Shown: piece by piece, positions 18,601-28,864 of the stretch
How positions within the stretch are numbered: the stretch's first letter is position 1
Layout: every line of letters starts with the position of its first letter
Assembly: GCA_944325085.1 (NCBI GenBank)
Contig: CALUYT010000061.1
Span: 29,241-93,240 of the forward strand
DNA length: 64,000 nt
Reading direction: 5' to 3'
DNA from: Candidatus Gastranaerophilales bacterium
Lineage (GTDB): Bacteria > Cyanobacteriota > Vampirovibrionia > Gastranaerophilales > Gastranaerophilaceae
Notes under the pieces: generated by a model
What the model was told of the DNA's origin: nothing
The model's database searches: none
The model's input: only the letters and a program-made list of their open reading frames with translations
Position numbers and translations under genes: made by a program

Positions 18601-19509
18601 CTAGCCTTCCTCACTTAATTCTGCTTTTACACTATCAATAACTTTGAATAATTCTATTTTTTCATCTTCAGTTAATTGAACTAATGGTTTTCTTAAATAA
18701 CTTTCAATGAAACCTTTGTATTCTAAGGCTGCTTTAATTGGAATAGGATTAGGAGCCATAAATAATTTTCTAAATACAGGATATAATTTTTTATGCATAT
18801 TTCTTGCAGCAAGAATATCTCCTGATTTGAAATTTCTAATCATAGATTTTATTTCAGTTCCAAATAAGTGAGATGCTACAGAAATTACCCCATGAGCACC
18901 TAAAGATAACATTGGTAATGTTAAGCTATCATCTCCTGAATACAATACAAAATCTTCAGGACATAATAATTTTATTTCTGTAATTTGGTCCATATCAGGA
19001 CAGCTTTGTTTTAAACCTACAATATTTTTGTATTTACCGGCTAAGTATGCAACTGTTTCTGGTAGCATTCCGACTCCGGTTCTTGATGGAATATTGTATA
19101 GAATTATAGGTAATGTTGTTGATTCTGCTATTGCTGAAAAGTGTTCAATTATTCCTCTTTGATTTGGTTTATTGTAATAAGGTACAACTGATAAAATAGC
19201 GTCAACTTCTTCTTTTTGTGCTAATTTTGTATATTTTATTGCTGTTTCTGTGGAATTAGAACCTGCACCAACAATGATTTTTGCTTTGTTTGCAACTGCT
19301 CTTTTTACGGTACTTAATAGTTCAATTTCTTCTTCGTTTGTTAAAGTAGGAGATTCTCCTGATGTACCTGCGACTAATATTGCATCAGATCCTGAGCTTA
19401 TTAAATGAGTAGCAAGAGCTTCTACTTTATCATAATCAATGTCTCCTGACTTTGTCATAGGAGTAACCATTGCAGTAATAACTTCTCCGCAATCGTATCT
19501 TAAAACCAT
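18601..19509 (-). CDS. dapA: 4-hydroxy-tetrahydrodipicolinate synthase
   Basis: ITAMVTPM..., GTSGESPTLT and YNIPSRTG motifs. 302 aa. Confidence 0.9.
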   Translation of the reverse strand: MVLRYDCGEVITAMVTPMTKSGDIDYDKVEALATHLISSGSDAILVAGTSGESPTLTNEEEIELLSTVKRAVANKAKIIVGAGSNSTETAIKYTKLAQKEEVDAILSVVPYYNKPNQRGIIEHFSAIAESTTLPIILYNIPSRTGVGMLPETVAYLAGKYKNIVGLKQSCPDMDQITEIKLLCPEDFVLYSGDDSLTLPMLSLGAHGVISVASHLFGTEIKSMIRNFKSGDILAARNMHKKLYPVFRKLFMAPNPIPIKAALEYKGFIESYLRKPLVQLTEDEKIELFKVIDSVKAELSEEG

Positions 19510-19664
19510 GTGTAAATACCCTCTATTTTCCTAGTCTATAACTCTTTTATTATATTACAAAAATAAATATATTGTTTAATTATTAAGAATAATGTCATTT
19601 TTTGTTAATATAAGAGTATTGCTTAGTATAAATTTTTTGTTTTAAAAAATTTTGTGTTAAAATT

Positions 19665-20252
19665 TTGAGTATGAACTGGAAAGAATTACCAAAAAAGAAA
19701 AGGATTTATGTATTAGTATTTCTCGCTATTGGCGGGATATTGGCTTGGGCATTTATTACTGCAGGTGTTATTACTCATGATTTCAACAGAAAGCAGTTGG
19801 AAGGTAAGGGTGATGAACAAGAAGCTTTAGTTAGCGGAATAATTTTGACTGAAACTAAAGATGAGCAAAAGTATTGGGAAATATACGGCGAAACCGGAAA
19901 ATGGGATAGTACCAAAGGTATTGCTCAATTAAATAAGGTTATTGGTAATTTTTATAAAGATAACGAAGTTTCTATGAGTTTTGAATCTTCAAAAGGAATT
20001 TATAATTCAAAACAAGGTGATATAACACTTTATAAAGATACTTATATCGTATTAAAAGATGGTATTACCTTAAATGCGGATAAGCTTCATTGGGTAAATT
20101 CACATTCTCCGATTGTTGCAGAAGGACATATTAAAATCCAAAAAGGCTCAGAATTATTGTCAACTGCAGATAAGATTGTTATTAGCCCAACTTATACAAG
20201 TTTTACGATAAGTGGAAATACTGTTTCAAAAGTTTATGAGGATAAAAAGTAG
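19665..20252 (+). CDS. LptC-like LPS export protein (TM anchor plus beta-jellyroll)
   Basis: N-terminal anchor IYVLVFLAIGGILAWAFITAGVI followed by a beta-rich ~150-aa domain. Directly precedes an OstA/LptA-like gene. Start TTG 19665 or ATG 19671. Confidence 0.5.
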   Translation: MSMNWKELPKKKRIYVLVFLAIGGILAWAFITAGVITHDFNRKQLEGKGDEQEALVSGIILTETKDEQKYWEIYGETGKWDSTKGIAQLNKVIGNFYKDNEVSMSFESSKGIYNSKQGDITLYKDTYIVLKDGITLNADKLHWVNSHSPIVAEGHIKIQKGSELLSTADKIVISPTYTSFTISGNTVSKVYEDKK

Positions 20253-20253
20253 T

Positions 20254-21228
20254 ATGAAAAAATTTTTAACAGCAATTTTTGCAATATTATTACTATCAGG
20301 TGTGGCTGCTAAGGCTTCTGATTTAGTTATAGAATCAAAGAATCAGACTTTTAATGAATCAGATAATAAAATTAAATTTAACGGTAATGTAAAAGTTTCA
20401 ATTGATGATTTGAAGGTAGTTGGTGATAGTGCAGATGTTAATGTTACTGCCGACCAAAAGCTTGATACTGCTACTTTTTATGATAAACCTTATGCTTTTG
20501 AAATAAAGAAAAATAAAAAAAGAGAAGTAAAAGCTAATATTTTAAAAGTTTCATTGATAACAAAAATTATAAGAGCCGAAGGTGATACACAATCAGTTGT
20601 GTTTGAAGGTAAAACTCCTGTTGTAGTAATAAACGCTGATGTTCAGGAATATGATACAAAAACAGGTGTAATGAGTGCAAAAGGTGCTGTTACAATGTTG
20701 TATAAAGAGATTGAAACATTTTCAGACGGAGCACAAATTACTACTGATAAAAACGGTGATTTGAAACGTTTGGTTTTAACTGGTAATGCAAAGGTTAAAC
20801 AAGAAAATAATGAATCTTATGCTGACAAGTTTATATATGAAGCAGCTACAGGAAATCTTACAGCATATGGTAATACAACCTCTAATGCCGTAATGGATGA
20901 TGGTTCAAAATTGGTGTTAAAATCAAGCTATCAGGAGTATAATCAAAAGAAATCAATATTTAATGCAAGTGGTAATGTAAGAATTTGGTATCAAGATTAC
21001 TATGCTGCAGGTCCAAAAGTAACATTATATCCTGGTCCTGCTTCAAATAAGCCAAATGAAGCATATTTTACAGGTCGTTCCAGCATAACTCAAGGTGTAA
21101 GAACTATATATGCTGATAAAATTAAGATGACTATGGAGCCAAAAAGCTTTGATGCTCAAGGTAATACAAGAACTGTTATTAAAAATATCGGTTCAGGAAG
21201 TGATGATAACGTGACTTTAGGTTTGTAA
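20254..21228 (+). CDS. OstA/LptA-like periplasmic protein (tandem beta-jellyroll)
   Basis: Signal peptide MKKFLTAIFAILLLSGVAAKA. Repeated motifs of the type G-N-V-x-V...A-D (FNGNVKVSIDDLKVVGDSADV, LTGNAKVKQENNESYADKF, ASGNVRIWYQDYYAAG). ATG 20254; the ORF track opens at 20212. Confidence 0.5.
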   Translation: MKKFLTAIFAILLLSGVAAKASDLVIESKNQTFNESDNKIKFNGNVKVSIDDLKVVGDSADVNVTADQKLDTATFYDKPYAFEIKKNKKREVKANILKVSLITKIIRAEGDTQSVVFEGKTPVVVINADVQEYDTKTGVMSAKGAVTMLYKEIETFSDGAQITTDKNGDLKRLVLTGNAKVKQENNESYADKFIYEAATGNLTAYGNTTSNAVMDDGSKLVLKSSYQEYNQKKSIFNASGNVRIWYQDYYAAGPKVTLYPGPASNKPNEAYFTGRSSITQGVRTIYADKIKMTMEPKSFDAQGNTRTVIKNIGSGSDDNVTLGL

Positions 21229-21231
21229 ATT

Positions 21232-22005
21232 ATGAATGAGAAAATAGAAAAAGCATTAGAATGTTTTAAGAAAAAAGATTGGAGTGGCGCTATTGATTTG
21301 TTTACTTCTGTATTGGAAGTTGATATTGATAATGCGGAAGTTTATAATAACTTGGGCTTATGTTATACAAACATAGGACAAGATGACAAAGCTGAAAAAA
21401 ACTATTTAAAATCAATTGAATTAAATCCTAAAATACCTCAATGTTATATAAATTTATCTGATTTGTATTACAAGCAAAAACGTTTGGGAGAAGGAATAAA
21501 TATTTTAACTTATGCTATAGAAATGCTTCCAGATGATATTATTTTTAGACATTATTTGGCTCGTTTTTATATGGAAGATGCTAAATTAGATTTAGCGATT
21601 GATGAATTGGTGTATATTTTAGAAAAGCAGCCTGATAATTATGATGCTTATTATGATTTAGCAAAAGTATATTTTGAATTTGGAAATTACGATTCGGCTA
21701 TAGAAAATTTTGAAAATGTTTTAGAATACAAACAGGATAATGAGTTAATATATTATTATTTGGCAGAAGCATACCAAGCAAATGATGAAATAGATAAAGC
21801 AATATCTAATTTCTTAAAATCTATTGCTACTAATAATAAGTTCCCATTACCATATAAAAAGGTTGCGATTTTATTTATGGCTCGTGGGGATTATCAAGAC
21901 GCTTTAGAATATTTAGATGATTATATGAATTTTGATATTTTGCCAGAAGAAAAAGATAATGTTAAAAAGCTTATTGATAATATAAAAAAGAAGATGGATG
22001 CTTAA
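21232..22005 (+). CDS. Tetratricopeptide-repeat protein
   Basis: Serial 34-aa TPR units (AEVYNNLGLCYTNIGQDDKAEKNYLKSIELNP and others). Confidence 0.8.
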   Translation: MNEKIEKALECFKKKDWSGAIDLFTSVLEVDIDNAEVYNNLGLCYTNIGQDDKAEKNYLKSIELNPKIPQCYINLSDLYYKQKRLGEGINILTYAIEMLPDDIIFRHYLARFYMEDAKLDLAIDELVYILEKQPDNYDAYYDLAKVYFEFGNYDSAIENFENVLEYKQDNELIYYYLAEAYQANDEIDKAISNFLKSIATNNKFPLPYKKVAILFMARGDYQDALEYLDDYMNFDILPEEKDNVKKLIDNIKKKMDA

Positions 22006-22022
22006 GAGGTTGTATAATTTAG

Positions 22023-23111
22023 ATGAAGAGTAAGTATTGGATTGCATTTTCTTCTATTGAACAAATTGACAGTACTTTTATTCAAAGTCTGTATAATTAT
22101 TTTGGAGATATTGAAAAAGCATTTAATGCTACTTTTGATGAATTGAAAAATATTGAAGGCTTAAGTGTTAGAAAGTCTGAGAACTTTTTAAAATATAGAG
22201 ATAAGGTTGATTTAGATAGAACTTTTGCAGAGGTTGAAACAAGAGGGATAAATTTTTTAACATTGGAAGATGCTAAATATCCAAAGATGTTGAAAAATAT
22301 TGCTAACCCTCCTGCTGTTTTATATTATAAAGGCAAGTTATTTGAATGTAATTTAGAAAAAACATTAGCTATAGTCGGTTCAAGAAAAGCAAGTTTGAAT
22401 GGAAAAGATGATTTGAGAAAAATTATATCAGGTTTATCAAATACTGATATTTGTATTGTTTCAGGCTTAGCATCAGGAATTGATACAGTTGCGCATACTT
22501 CAGCTATTGAAAATAATATAAAAACAATAGGTGTTATTGCAAGTGGATTAGATCATATATATCCTGCCAGCAATAAAACATTATATCAAAATATAGAAAA
22601 TGGTTATGGTGCAGTTGTAAGTGAATATTATCCGACATTTGAACCTATAAAATTTAGATTTCCACAAAGAAACCGAATTATATCAGGTTTGTCTTATGGA
22701 ACATTGGTTGCTGAAGCATCTTTAAAAAGCGGAGCGTTAATTACTGCTAATTTAACTTTAGAACAGGGTAGAGAATTGATGTGTATTCCCGGATTGATAT
22801 CAAATCCTAATACTCAAGGTATATATAAACTTTTAAAAAATGGTGCAACTTTAGTAACTGAAAGTGATGATATTTTAAATGCATTGAATTGGGAAATAAA
22901 GAAAGAATTGTCTAATGAACAATTGACTCTTCCAATGATGACTGATGAAGAAGATATTATTTTTAAGAATTTAGAGATAGAAGAAAAAGGCGTTGACGAA
23001 TTATTAGCATTAACAAGTTTAAAACTTGACGATTTGCTAATGAACTTGACAACGATGGAGCTTAAAGGCATAATAAAACAATGTGGCGGGGATAGATATA
23101 AAAAGGTTTAG
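22023..23111 (+). CDS. dprA: DNA-processing protein DprA (Smf)
   Basis: IVGSRKAS, IVSGLASGIDTVAHTSA and FPQRNRIISGLS, plus a C-terminal winged-helix-like tail. Classical dprA-topA synteny. Confidence 0.85.
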   Translation: MKSKYWIAFSSIEQIDSTFIQSLYNYFGDIEKAFNATFDELKNIEGLSVRKSENFLKYRDKVDLDRTFAEVETRGINFLTLEDAKYPKMLKNIANPPAVLYYKGKLFECNLEKTLAIVGSRKASLNGKDDLRKIISGLSNTDICIVSGLASGIDTVAHTSAIENNIKTIGVIASGLDHIYPASNKTLYQNIENGYGAVVSEYYPTFEPIKFRFPQRNRIISGLSYGTLVAEASLKSGALITANLTLEQGRELMCIPGLISNPNTQGIYKLLKNGATLVTESDDILNALNWEIKKELSNEQLTLPMMTDEEDIIFKNLEIEEKGVDELLALTSLKLDDLLMNLTTMELKGIIKQCGGDRYKKV

Positions 23112-23118
23112 TAGATAA

Positions 23119-25446
23119 ATGGCACAGACAACGAGTAAAAGCAAAGAAAAATCACTAGTAATAGTCGAATCACCGGCAAAATCAAAAACTATAAAAAAGA
23201 TTTTGGGAGGCGAGTTCCAAATAGAGGCAAGTTACGGACATATCAGAAATTTGCCGACAAAGGATTCTGCTACACAGAATTTGGGATTTGATGTTAATAA
23301 TAATTTTGAACCTAAATTTGAGATAATTCCTGGTAAGCAGCAGGTTGTAAAAAAGTTAAATGATTTAGCCAAAAAAGTTGATAAAATATATCTTGCATCC
23401 GACCCCGACCGTGAGGGAGAAGCTATTGCCTGGCATGTAAGACAAGTTTTAAAAGTTCCAGATGAAAAGATTTGTCGTATTGTATTTAATGAAATTACAC
23501 CAAAGGCTGTTAAATATTCAGTTGAGCACCCAAGAAGTATTGATATGGACATGGTACAAGCTCAACAAACCAGACAAATTTTAGATAAACTTGTAGGTTT
23601 TAAATTAAGTCCTGTTTTGTGGAAACAAATTGGGAATAGAAACTTATCAGCAGGTAGAGTTCAATCTGTTGCACTTCGTATGATATGTGAAAGAGAAGAT
23701 GAAATTGAAGCTTTTGTACCACAAGAGTATTGGTCTATTCATGCACTGTTAGATAAAGATGGAAAACAATTTGAAGCTGAATTAGCAAAGATAAAGAACA
23801 AATCTGTTGAAAAAACTATAAAAAATAAAGATGAAGCTCAAAAAATTGTAGATTATCTAACTAATCCGCAATCTCAATATGAAGTTTCAAAAGTTACTAA
23901 AAAAACTACAAAACGTAAGCCAACAGCACCATTTATTACATCAACAATGCAAAGGGCAGCAAGTTCAAAATTAGGTTTTGGTGTTTCTAAGACAATGCAG
24001 GTTGCTCAAAAACTTTATGAAGGTATAGAAATAGATGGTACTCCTGTCGGTTTGATTACTTATATGAGAACAGATAGTGTCAGAGTTTCTGATGATGCTC
24101 AGAATATGGCGCATGATTTCATTTTGCAAAATTATGGAGAAAAATATTATCCTGAAAAACCTAATATATATGCAAAAGGAAAACAAAATGTTCAAGATGC
24201 TCACGAGGCAATTCGTCCATCTTATCCTGAAAGAACTCCGGAAAGTATAAAGAAATATTTGGATAATGATCAGTATAAATTGTATAAGTTAATTTGGGAA
24301 AAATTTATGTCATCTCAGATGGCTCCTGCTGAAATTGCAAATAAATCTATAGAGATTACTTCAGGTGATTATATCTTGAGAGCCGGAACAAGCAAAGTTA
24401 CGTTTGATGGCTTTTTGACACTGTATAATGATTCAGAAGATGATGAAGATAAAGCACAAGATTCTAAAATCCCAGATTTAGATAAAGGTGATAAGGTTGT
24501 TTGTAAAAAAATAAATCCAAAACAACATTTTACTCAACCTCCGCCACGTTATAATGAAGCTTCATTAGTTAAAGCTTTAGAAGAATATGGTATTGGACGT
24601 CCATCTACATATGCAACAATTATTACTGTTATTCAAACAAGAAAATATGTAGAGAAAAAAGACAAAGCTCTTCATCCTACATTGCTTGGAAGAACTGTAT
24701 CTAAGCAATTAGTTGAACAGTTTTCTGATATTATGGATTATAAGTTTACTGCGGGCATGGAAGAAAAACTTGATAAAATTGCTGAAAAAGAAGCTGTTTG
24801 GGTAAAGGTATTGCAAGATTTTTATACTCCATTTATGGAGGAAGTAAATTCTGTAATGAAAACTGCTCAAAAAGTAACTATAGAAACAAAATATACATGT
24901 CCAAATTGCGGTAAACCTATGGTACTAAGAACAAGTAAAACCGGTTCTCAATTTTTAGGTTGTTCGGGATATCCAGATTGTAAGACTGCAATGTCGATAA
25001 ATGTAATGCAGGAAATGGAAGAAGATTCAGAAAATGAAGATTCTACAACACCAAAAACCAAAGAGGTGTGCGAAGAAAAATGTGAAAAATGTGGTTCAGA
25101 TATGATTTTTAAAATAGGACCATATGGAAAATATATGGAATGTGTTAATGCTGAATGTAAACATAGAAAACCGTTCCGTAAATCTACAGGTGTAACTTGC
25201 CCAAAATGTGGAAAAGGTGTTATAGTAGAAAGAAAATCTAAACGAGGGACTGTATTTTTTGGCTGTGATAAATATCCGGATTGCGATTTCGTATTATGGA
25301 ATGAACCAACGGGTGAAAAATGTCCGGACTGCGGAAATTTATTGGTGAAAAAATTACTTAAAAAAGGTACAGTTATTGCTTGTTCAAATTTAAAATGCGG
25401 CTATAAAAAAACAGTTGAACAAGATGATGTAGAATCAGAAAATTAA
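23119..25446 (+). CDS. topA: DNA topoisomerase I with four C-terminal C4 zinc ribbons
   Basis: Toprim LVIVESPAKSKTI and DPDREGEAIAWH. Active-site ITYMRTDS. Four CxxC...CxxC modules at the C-terminus. Confidence 0.95.
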   Translation: MAQTTSKSKEKSLVIVESPAKSKTIKKILGGEFQIEASYGHIRNLPTKDSATQNLGFDVNNNFEPKFEIIPGKQQVVKKLNDLAKKVDKIYLASDPDREGEAIAWHVRQVLKVPDEKICRIVFNEITPKAVKYSVEHPRSIDMDMVQAQQTRQILDKLVGFKLSPVLWKQIGNRNLSAGRVQSVALRMICEREDEIEAFVPQEYWSIHALLDKDGKQFEAELAKIKNKSVEKTIKNKDEAQKIVDYLTNPQSQYEVSKVTKKTTKRKPTAPFITSTMQRAASSKLGFGVSKTMQVAQKLYEGIEIDGTPVGLITYMRTDSVRVSDDAQNMAHDFILQNYGEKYYPEKPNIYAKGKQNVQDAHEAIRPSYPERTPESIKKYLDNDQYKLYKLIWEKFMSSQMAPAEIANKSIEITSGDYILRAGTSKVTFDGFLTLYNDSEDDEDKAQDSKIPDLDKGDKVVCKKINPKQHFTQPPPRYNEASLVKALEEYGIGRPSTYATIITVIQTRKYVEKKDKALHPTLLGRTVSKQLVEQFSDIMDYKFTAGMEEKLDKIAEKEAVWVKVLQDFYTPFMEEVNSVMKTAQKVTIETKYTCPNCGKPMVLRTSKTGSQFLGCSGYPDCKTAMSINVMQEMEEDSENEDSTTPKTKEVCEEKCEKCGSDMIFKIGPYGKYMECVNAECKHRKPFRKSTGVTCPKCGKGVIVERKSKRGTVFFGCDKYPDCDFVLWNEPTGEKCPDCGNLLVKKLLKKGTVIACSNLKCGYKKTVEQDDVESEN

Positions 25447-25462
25447 ATAAAGGATTAACATT

Positions 25463-26926
25463 ATGGCTGTGAACAAAGAATTATATGAACGCTATAAAAA
25501 ATTAAAAGCTGAGGGCGTAAATATTACTTTGGCAGAATTGAAGCAGCAAATGGAACAAGAAAATAACTCTGCTGTGAGTGGTCAAAGTTCAGGATTTAAG
25601 GCTTTATCAAGTCAAAATACTACATCGCAGACATATTGTGATAATGTTTCATCACAAAGTAGTTATTATACACAAGAAAATAGTTATAATGATTCGTCAT
25701 ATAACCAATCTTATTCTGAAGTTAGTTCATTTGTTCAAAGTGAAAATACTCAGAATAATAATTCTTATTTTGATAATAATAGCACCCCGCAAGTTAATTC
25801 TAATCCGGTAAATAATGAAAATAATACAAAAAATGAATGGGTGACTACATATTCAGAACCTCAAGTTGATAAAAATTCTCAATTATATAAAAATTATTCA
25901 AATAGTTTTAATTCAAACTTTACAACAGGTGCAAACTCATTTACAACAAATCAAAATTTACCATCGCAATCTTTTGATAGTTATTCTCAATCAACAACAG
26001 AGGCATCATATCAAACAAGTCAAAAAAAATATACAGGTAATATCACAAGTGAGGCTTTAGAATTAGCAAATTCAGAGAATAAGATTATGAATAAATACTG
26101 TTTGATAGGGTATCCTTTAGGACATTCTTTATCAAAATATATTCATAACGCAGGGTTTAAAAGTCTTGGAATTGACGCTACTTATGATATATTAGAGACT
26201 CCTCCTGATACTTTGGTTGAGAGGATAAAATATTTGAAGAATAATAATTTTGCCGGTTTTAATGTTACAATACCTTTGAAATTACCTGTAACATTATTTT
26301 TAGATAAGATTGATTCTTCAGCAGATGTTGTTGGTGCTGTAAATACAGTAGTTATAAAGCCAGATAAAACATTAGTTGGATATAATACTGATGTTATTGG
26401 ATTTAGAAATGCTATTCCTGATGATATAATTTTAGCCGGAAAAGTTGCAGCTGTATTGGGTACTGGTGGTGCAGCAAGGGCTGCGATTACTGCTTTGGCT
26501 CAAAATCAAGTTAAACAAATTAAGCTATATACAAGAAATATTCCAAATTGTTTAGAGTTACTTAATTTTCTCAGGGATAAATTTAAAAATGTAGAATTTA
26601 ATGCTTTTCAAATTGAAAGAATTAGAGATTTATCTGATGTGCAAATTTTAGTAAATACAACTCCTATAGGTATGCAAGGAAGAGCTGCAGATATGACGCC
26701 TATAGAGGAAAATGAGCTAAGAACTTTGCCTCAAGGGGCTATTGTTTATGATGTGATTTATAATCCTAAAAAGACAATATTATTAAAGCTTGCTCAAAAA
26801 AATGGTTATAGAACAATTAATGGTGTTGATATGTTTATACACCAAGCTTTGGCTGCTCAAAAAATTTGGACAGGTCGAACTCCTGATTTTAAGGATATGA
26901 AAATTGCAGCTTTAGAAAATTTATAA
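25463..26926 (+). CDS. aroE: Shikimate dehydrogenase fused to a ~208-aa N-terminal S/N/Q/Y-rich low-complexity extension
   Basis: AroE core from about aa 209 (MNKYCLIGYPLGHSLSKYIHNAGF, NVTIPLK, GAVNTV, GYNTD, LGTGGAARA). The upstream 624 nt are in the same frame with no stop. Internal ATG at 26087. Confidence 0.8.
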   Translation: MAVNKELYERYKKLKAEGVNITLAELKQQMEQENNSAVSGQSSGFKALSSQNTTSQTYCDNVSSQSSYYTQENSYNDSSYNQSYSEVSSFVQSENTQNNNSYFDNNSTPQVNSNPVNNENNTKNEWVTTYSEPQVDKNSQLYKNYSNSFNSNFTTGANSFTTNQNLPSQSFDSYSQSTTEASYQTSQKKYTGNITSEALELANSENKIMNKYCLIGYPLGHSLSKYIHNAGFKSLGIDATYDILETPPDTLVERIKYLKNNNFAGFNVTIPLKLPVTLFLDKIDSSADVVGAVNTVVIKPDKTLVGYNTDVIGFRNAIPDDIILAGKVAAVLGTGGAARAAITALAQNQVKQIKLYTRNIPNCLELLNFLRDKFKNVEFNAFQIERIRDLSDVQILVNTTPIGMQGRAADMTPIEENELRTLPQGAIVYDVIYNPKKTILLKLAQKNGYRTINGVDMFIHQALAAQKIWTGRTPDFKDMKIAALENL

Positions 26927-26931
26927 ATCTA

Positions 26932-27888
26932 TTAGATAAGATTTTTTCCTAATTTTTCAACTGTTTTGATATCTTCTTTTGGTTCTTTACCAACAGTTGT
27001 AAGGTAATTTCCGATAAGAATTCCTTCTACACAAGTTTTAAGAGCTAATTCTTGGTTTTCTTGAGATAGTCTCATTCTTCCACCACAAAAACGTATAACT
27101 GCTTTTGGATTAGCAATTTTAAATATTGCCATTGTTCTTAAAACATTTTCTTCATCTATTTTATCGTGATAATTTTCAAATGGAGTTTCTGGTATTGGCA
27201 TTAGGATATTTATTGGAATAGAGTCAGGTTCAATTTCTGCAAGTTCCATTGCCATCTCTATTCTTTGTTCAATGCTTTCGCCCATTCCAAGAATTACTCC
27301 ACAGCATAATTCCATTCCGTATTTTTTTACGAGTTTGCAGGTATTTAATCTATCTTCCCAGCTATGAGTTGTACAAACTTCAGGATAATATGATTTGCAG
27401 GTGTTAATGTTGTGGTGAAATCTTTTTAGACCAGCTTGCGAAAGGGCTTTTGCTTGCTCTTCTGTAAGTATTCCTATTGAGGCACAAGGCTTTAAATCTC
27501 CAATTTTATTTATTTCTTTAATCATATCAAGTTCGATTTGAAAATCTCTGCCTTCATCAGGAGTTTTTCCGCTTGTTACAATGGCAAATCTTGATGCTTT
27601 ATGTTCTTTTGCTTCCTTTGCTATTTTTTTTACTTCTTCAATATCTACTAGTGGATATGATTCTATGTTTGTACAGTAATGTGAACTTTGCGCGCAATAT
27701 TTGCAATTTTGTGAACATTTACCGTTTCTTGCATTGATAAGTGAACAAAATTCAATATTGTTTGACATATATTTAGAAGATTCTTTTAGTAATTCTTCTA
27801 GTGGTAAATTGTATAATTTTAGCAATTCTTCTTTTGTATAAATTTTTTTGTCTAATGTACTATTCATATCCCGCATATCCTTTATCAA
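26932..27888 (-). CDS. bioB: Biotin synthase-like radical SAM enzyme
   Basis: CSQNCKYCAQSS (CxxxCxxC), FHHNINT (equivalent to YNHNLDT) and CCGVILGMGES (equivalent to CSGGIVGLGE). 318 aa. Confidence 0.75.
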   Translation of the reverse strand: MIKDMRDMNSTLDKKIYTKEELLKLYNLPLEELLKESSKYMSNNIEFCSLINARNGKCSQNCKYCAQSSHYCTNIESYPLVDIEEVKKIAKEAKEHKASRFAIVTSGKTPDEGRDFQIELDMIKEINKIGDLKPCASIGILTEEQAKALSQAGLKRFHHNINTCKSYYPEVCTTHSWEDRLNTCKLVKKYGMELCCGVILGMGESIEQRIEMAMELAEIEPDSIPINILMPIPETPFENYHDKIDEENVLRTMAIFKIANPKAVIRFCGGRMRLSQENQELALKTCVEGILIGNYLTTVGKEPKEDIKTVEKLGKNLI

Positions 27889-27988
27889 ATTTATTATATA
27901 GATAATATTATGCCAGAAATATTAGAGTGTCAAATATCTTGGCTTTAAGCTTTTTGTGCTAAAATTAAACAAATAAAAGGAGAGTATT

Positions 27989-28801
27989 ATGATTGGAATT
28001 TTAAATATTCAATTTAAACCAATAATTGGTGATAAAAATGCAAATTTAAAGATAGTTGAAAAATTTATTGATGATAATTCTGACAAAAAGTTAGATTTGG
28101 TAATTTTACCGGAATTTTTTTCAACAGGAGTAAGTCATGAGGATTTTGTAAATTCACCGGAAGATATAAATGGTGGTTTTGTAATTTCTTTTATTTCTGA
28201 TTTGGCAAAGAAATATAAAACAAATATTGTTGCAGGTACAGTGATAGAATCTGATAATGGTAAATTGTATAATACTTCTTTTGTATTGGATCGCAATGGT
28301 TCTATAATCGGTAAATATAGAAAAATTCACCTTTATAATTATATGGGTGGAACAGAAGGTGAGCGCATTACGCCGGGAAATGAATTAAAGGTTGTAGATT
28401 TTGATTTTGGAAAAGTTGGAATAGGGGTTTGTTACGATATCAGATATCCTTTGCATTACAAAAATTTGGTTAAGGAAGGGGCTCAGTTAATTGTTTTACC
28501 TACAGCTTGGATTGTACCTAATGAGATTTATGATAATAAAGAAAGCTTAGAGTATACTAAAGATATGTGGATTGCATTAAATAGAACAAGAGCTTTTGAT
28601 AATATGGTTTATACGATTTCATCAAATCAATGTGGAAAAGTAAATGATAATATTTCAGCGTTAGGTTCATCTGTTGTTATTTCTCCAACTGCTGAGGTTT
28701 TGGCTTGTGCTGATGATGATAATTCAGCATTATATGTTCAGTTAGAATTAGGTATAGTAGATTATTTGAAAAGTATTTATCCGATTTCATTTATAGATTA
28801 G
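27989..28801 (+). CDS. Carbon-nitrogen hydrolase (nitrilase superfamily)
   Basis: E-K-C triad contexts LVILPEFF, YRKIHLY and GVCYDIRYP. Confidence 0.8.
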   Translation: MIGILNIQFKPIIGDKNANLKIVEKFIDDNSDKKLDLVILPEFFSTGVSHEDFVNSPEDINGGFVISFISDLAKKYKTNIVAGTVIESDNGKLYNTSFVLDRNGSIIGKYRKIHLYNYMGGTEGERITPGNELKVVDFDFGKVGIGVCYDIRYPLHYKNLVKEGAQLIVLPTAWIVPNEIYDNKESLEYTKDMWIALNRTRAFDNMVYTISSNQCGKVNDNISALGSSVVISPTAEVLACADDDNSALYVQLELGIVDYLKSIYPISFID

Positions 28802-28808
28802 CAAAACT

Positions 28809-28848
28809 AAAAGGCGAGCTGACAAATATTTGTCAGCTCGCCTTTTTT
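28809..28848. terminator. Bidirectional intrinsic terminator between the C-N hydrolase gene (+) and rpsR (-)
   Basis: Perfect 14-bp stem AAGGCGAGCTGACA / TGTCAGCTCGCCTT with a 6-nt loop, T-run downstream and A-run upstream. Confidence 0.8.
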
Positions 28849-28864
28849 GAAACTATTAATTTTA

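Noticed and set aside
19510-19664. Looked for a lysine riboswitch upstream of dapA
   Set aside because: The gap is too short and too A/T-rich. No conserved L-box helices are recognisable.
25578-26060. Two alternative-frame plus-strand ORFs (77 and 64 aa) within the low-complexity 5' part of aroE
   Set aside because: They are by-products of the repetitive A/T-rich codons (I/L/K/H-rich). The main frame is continuous with aroE.
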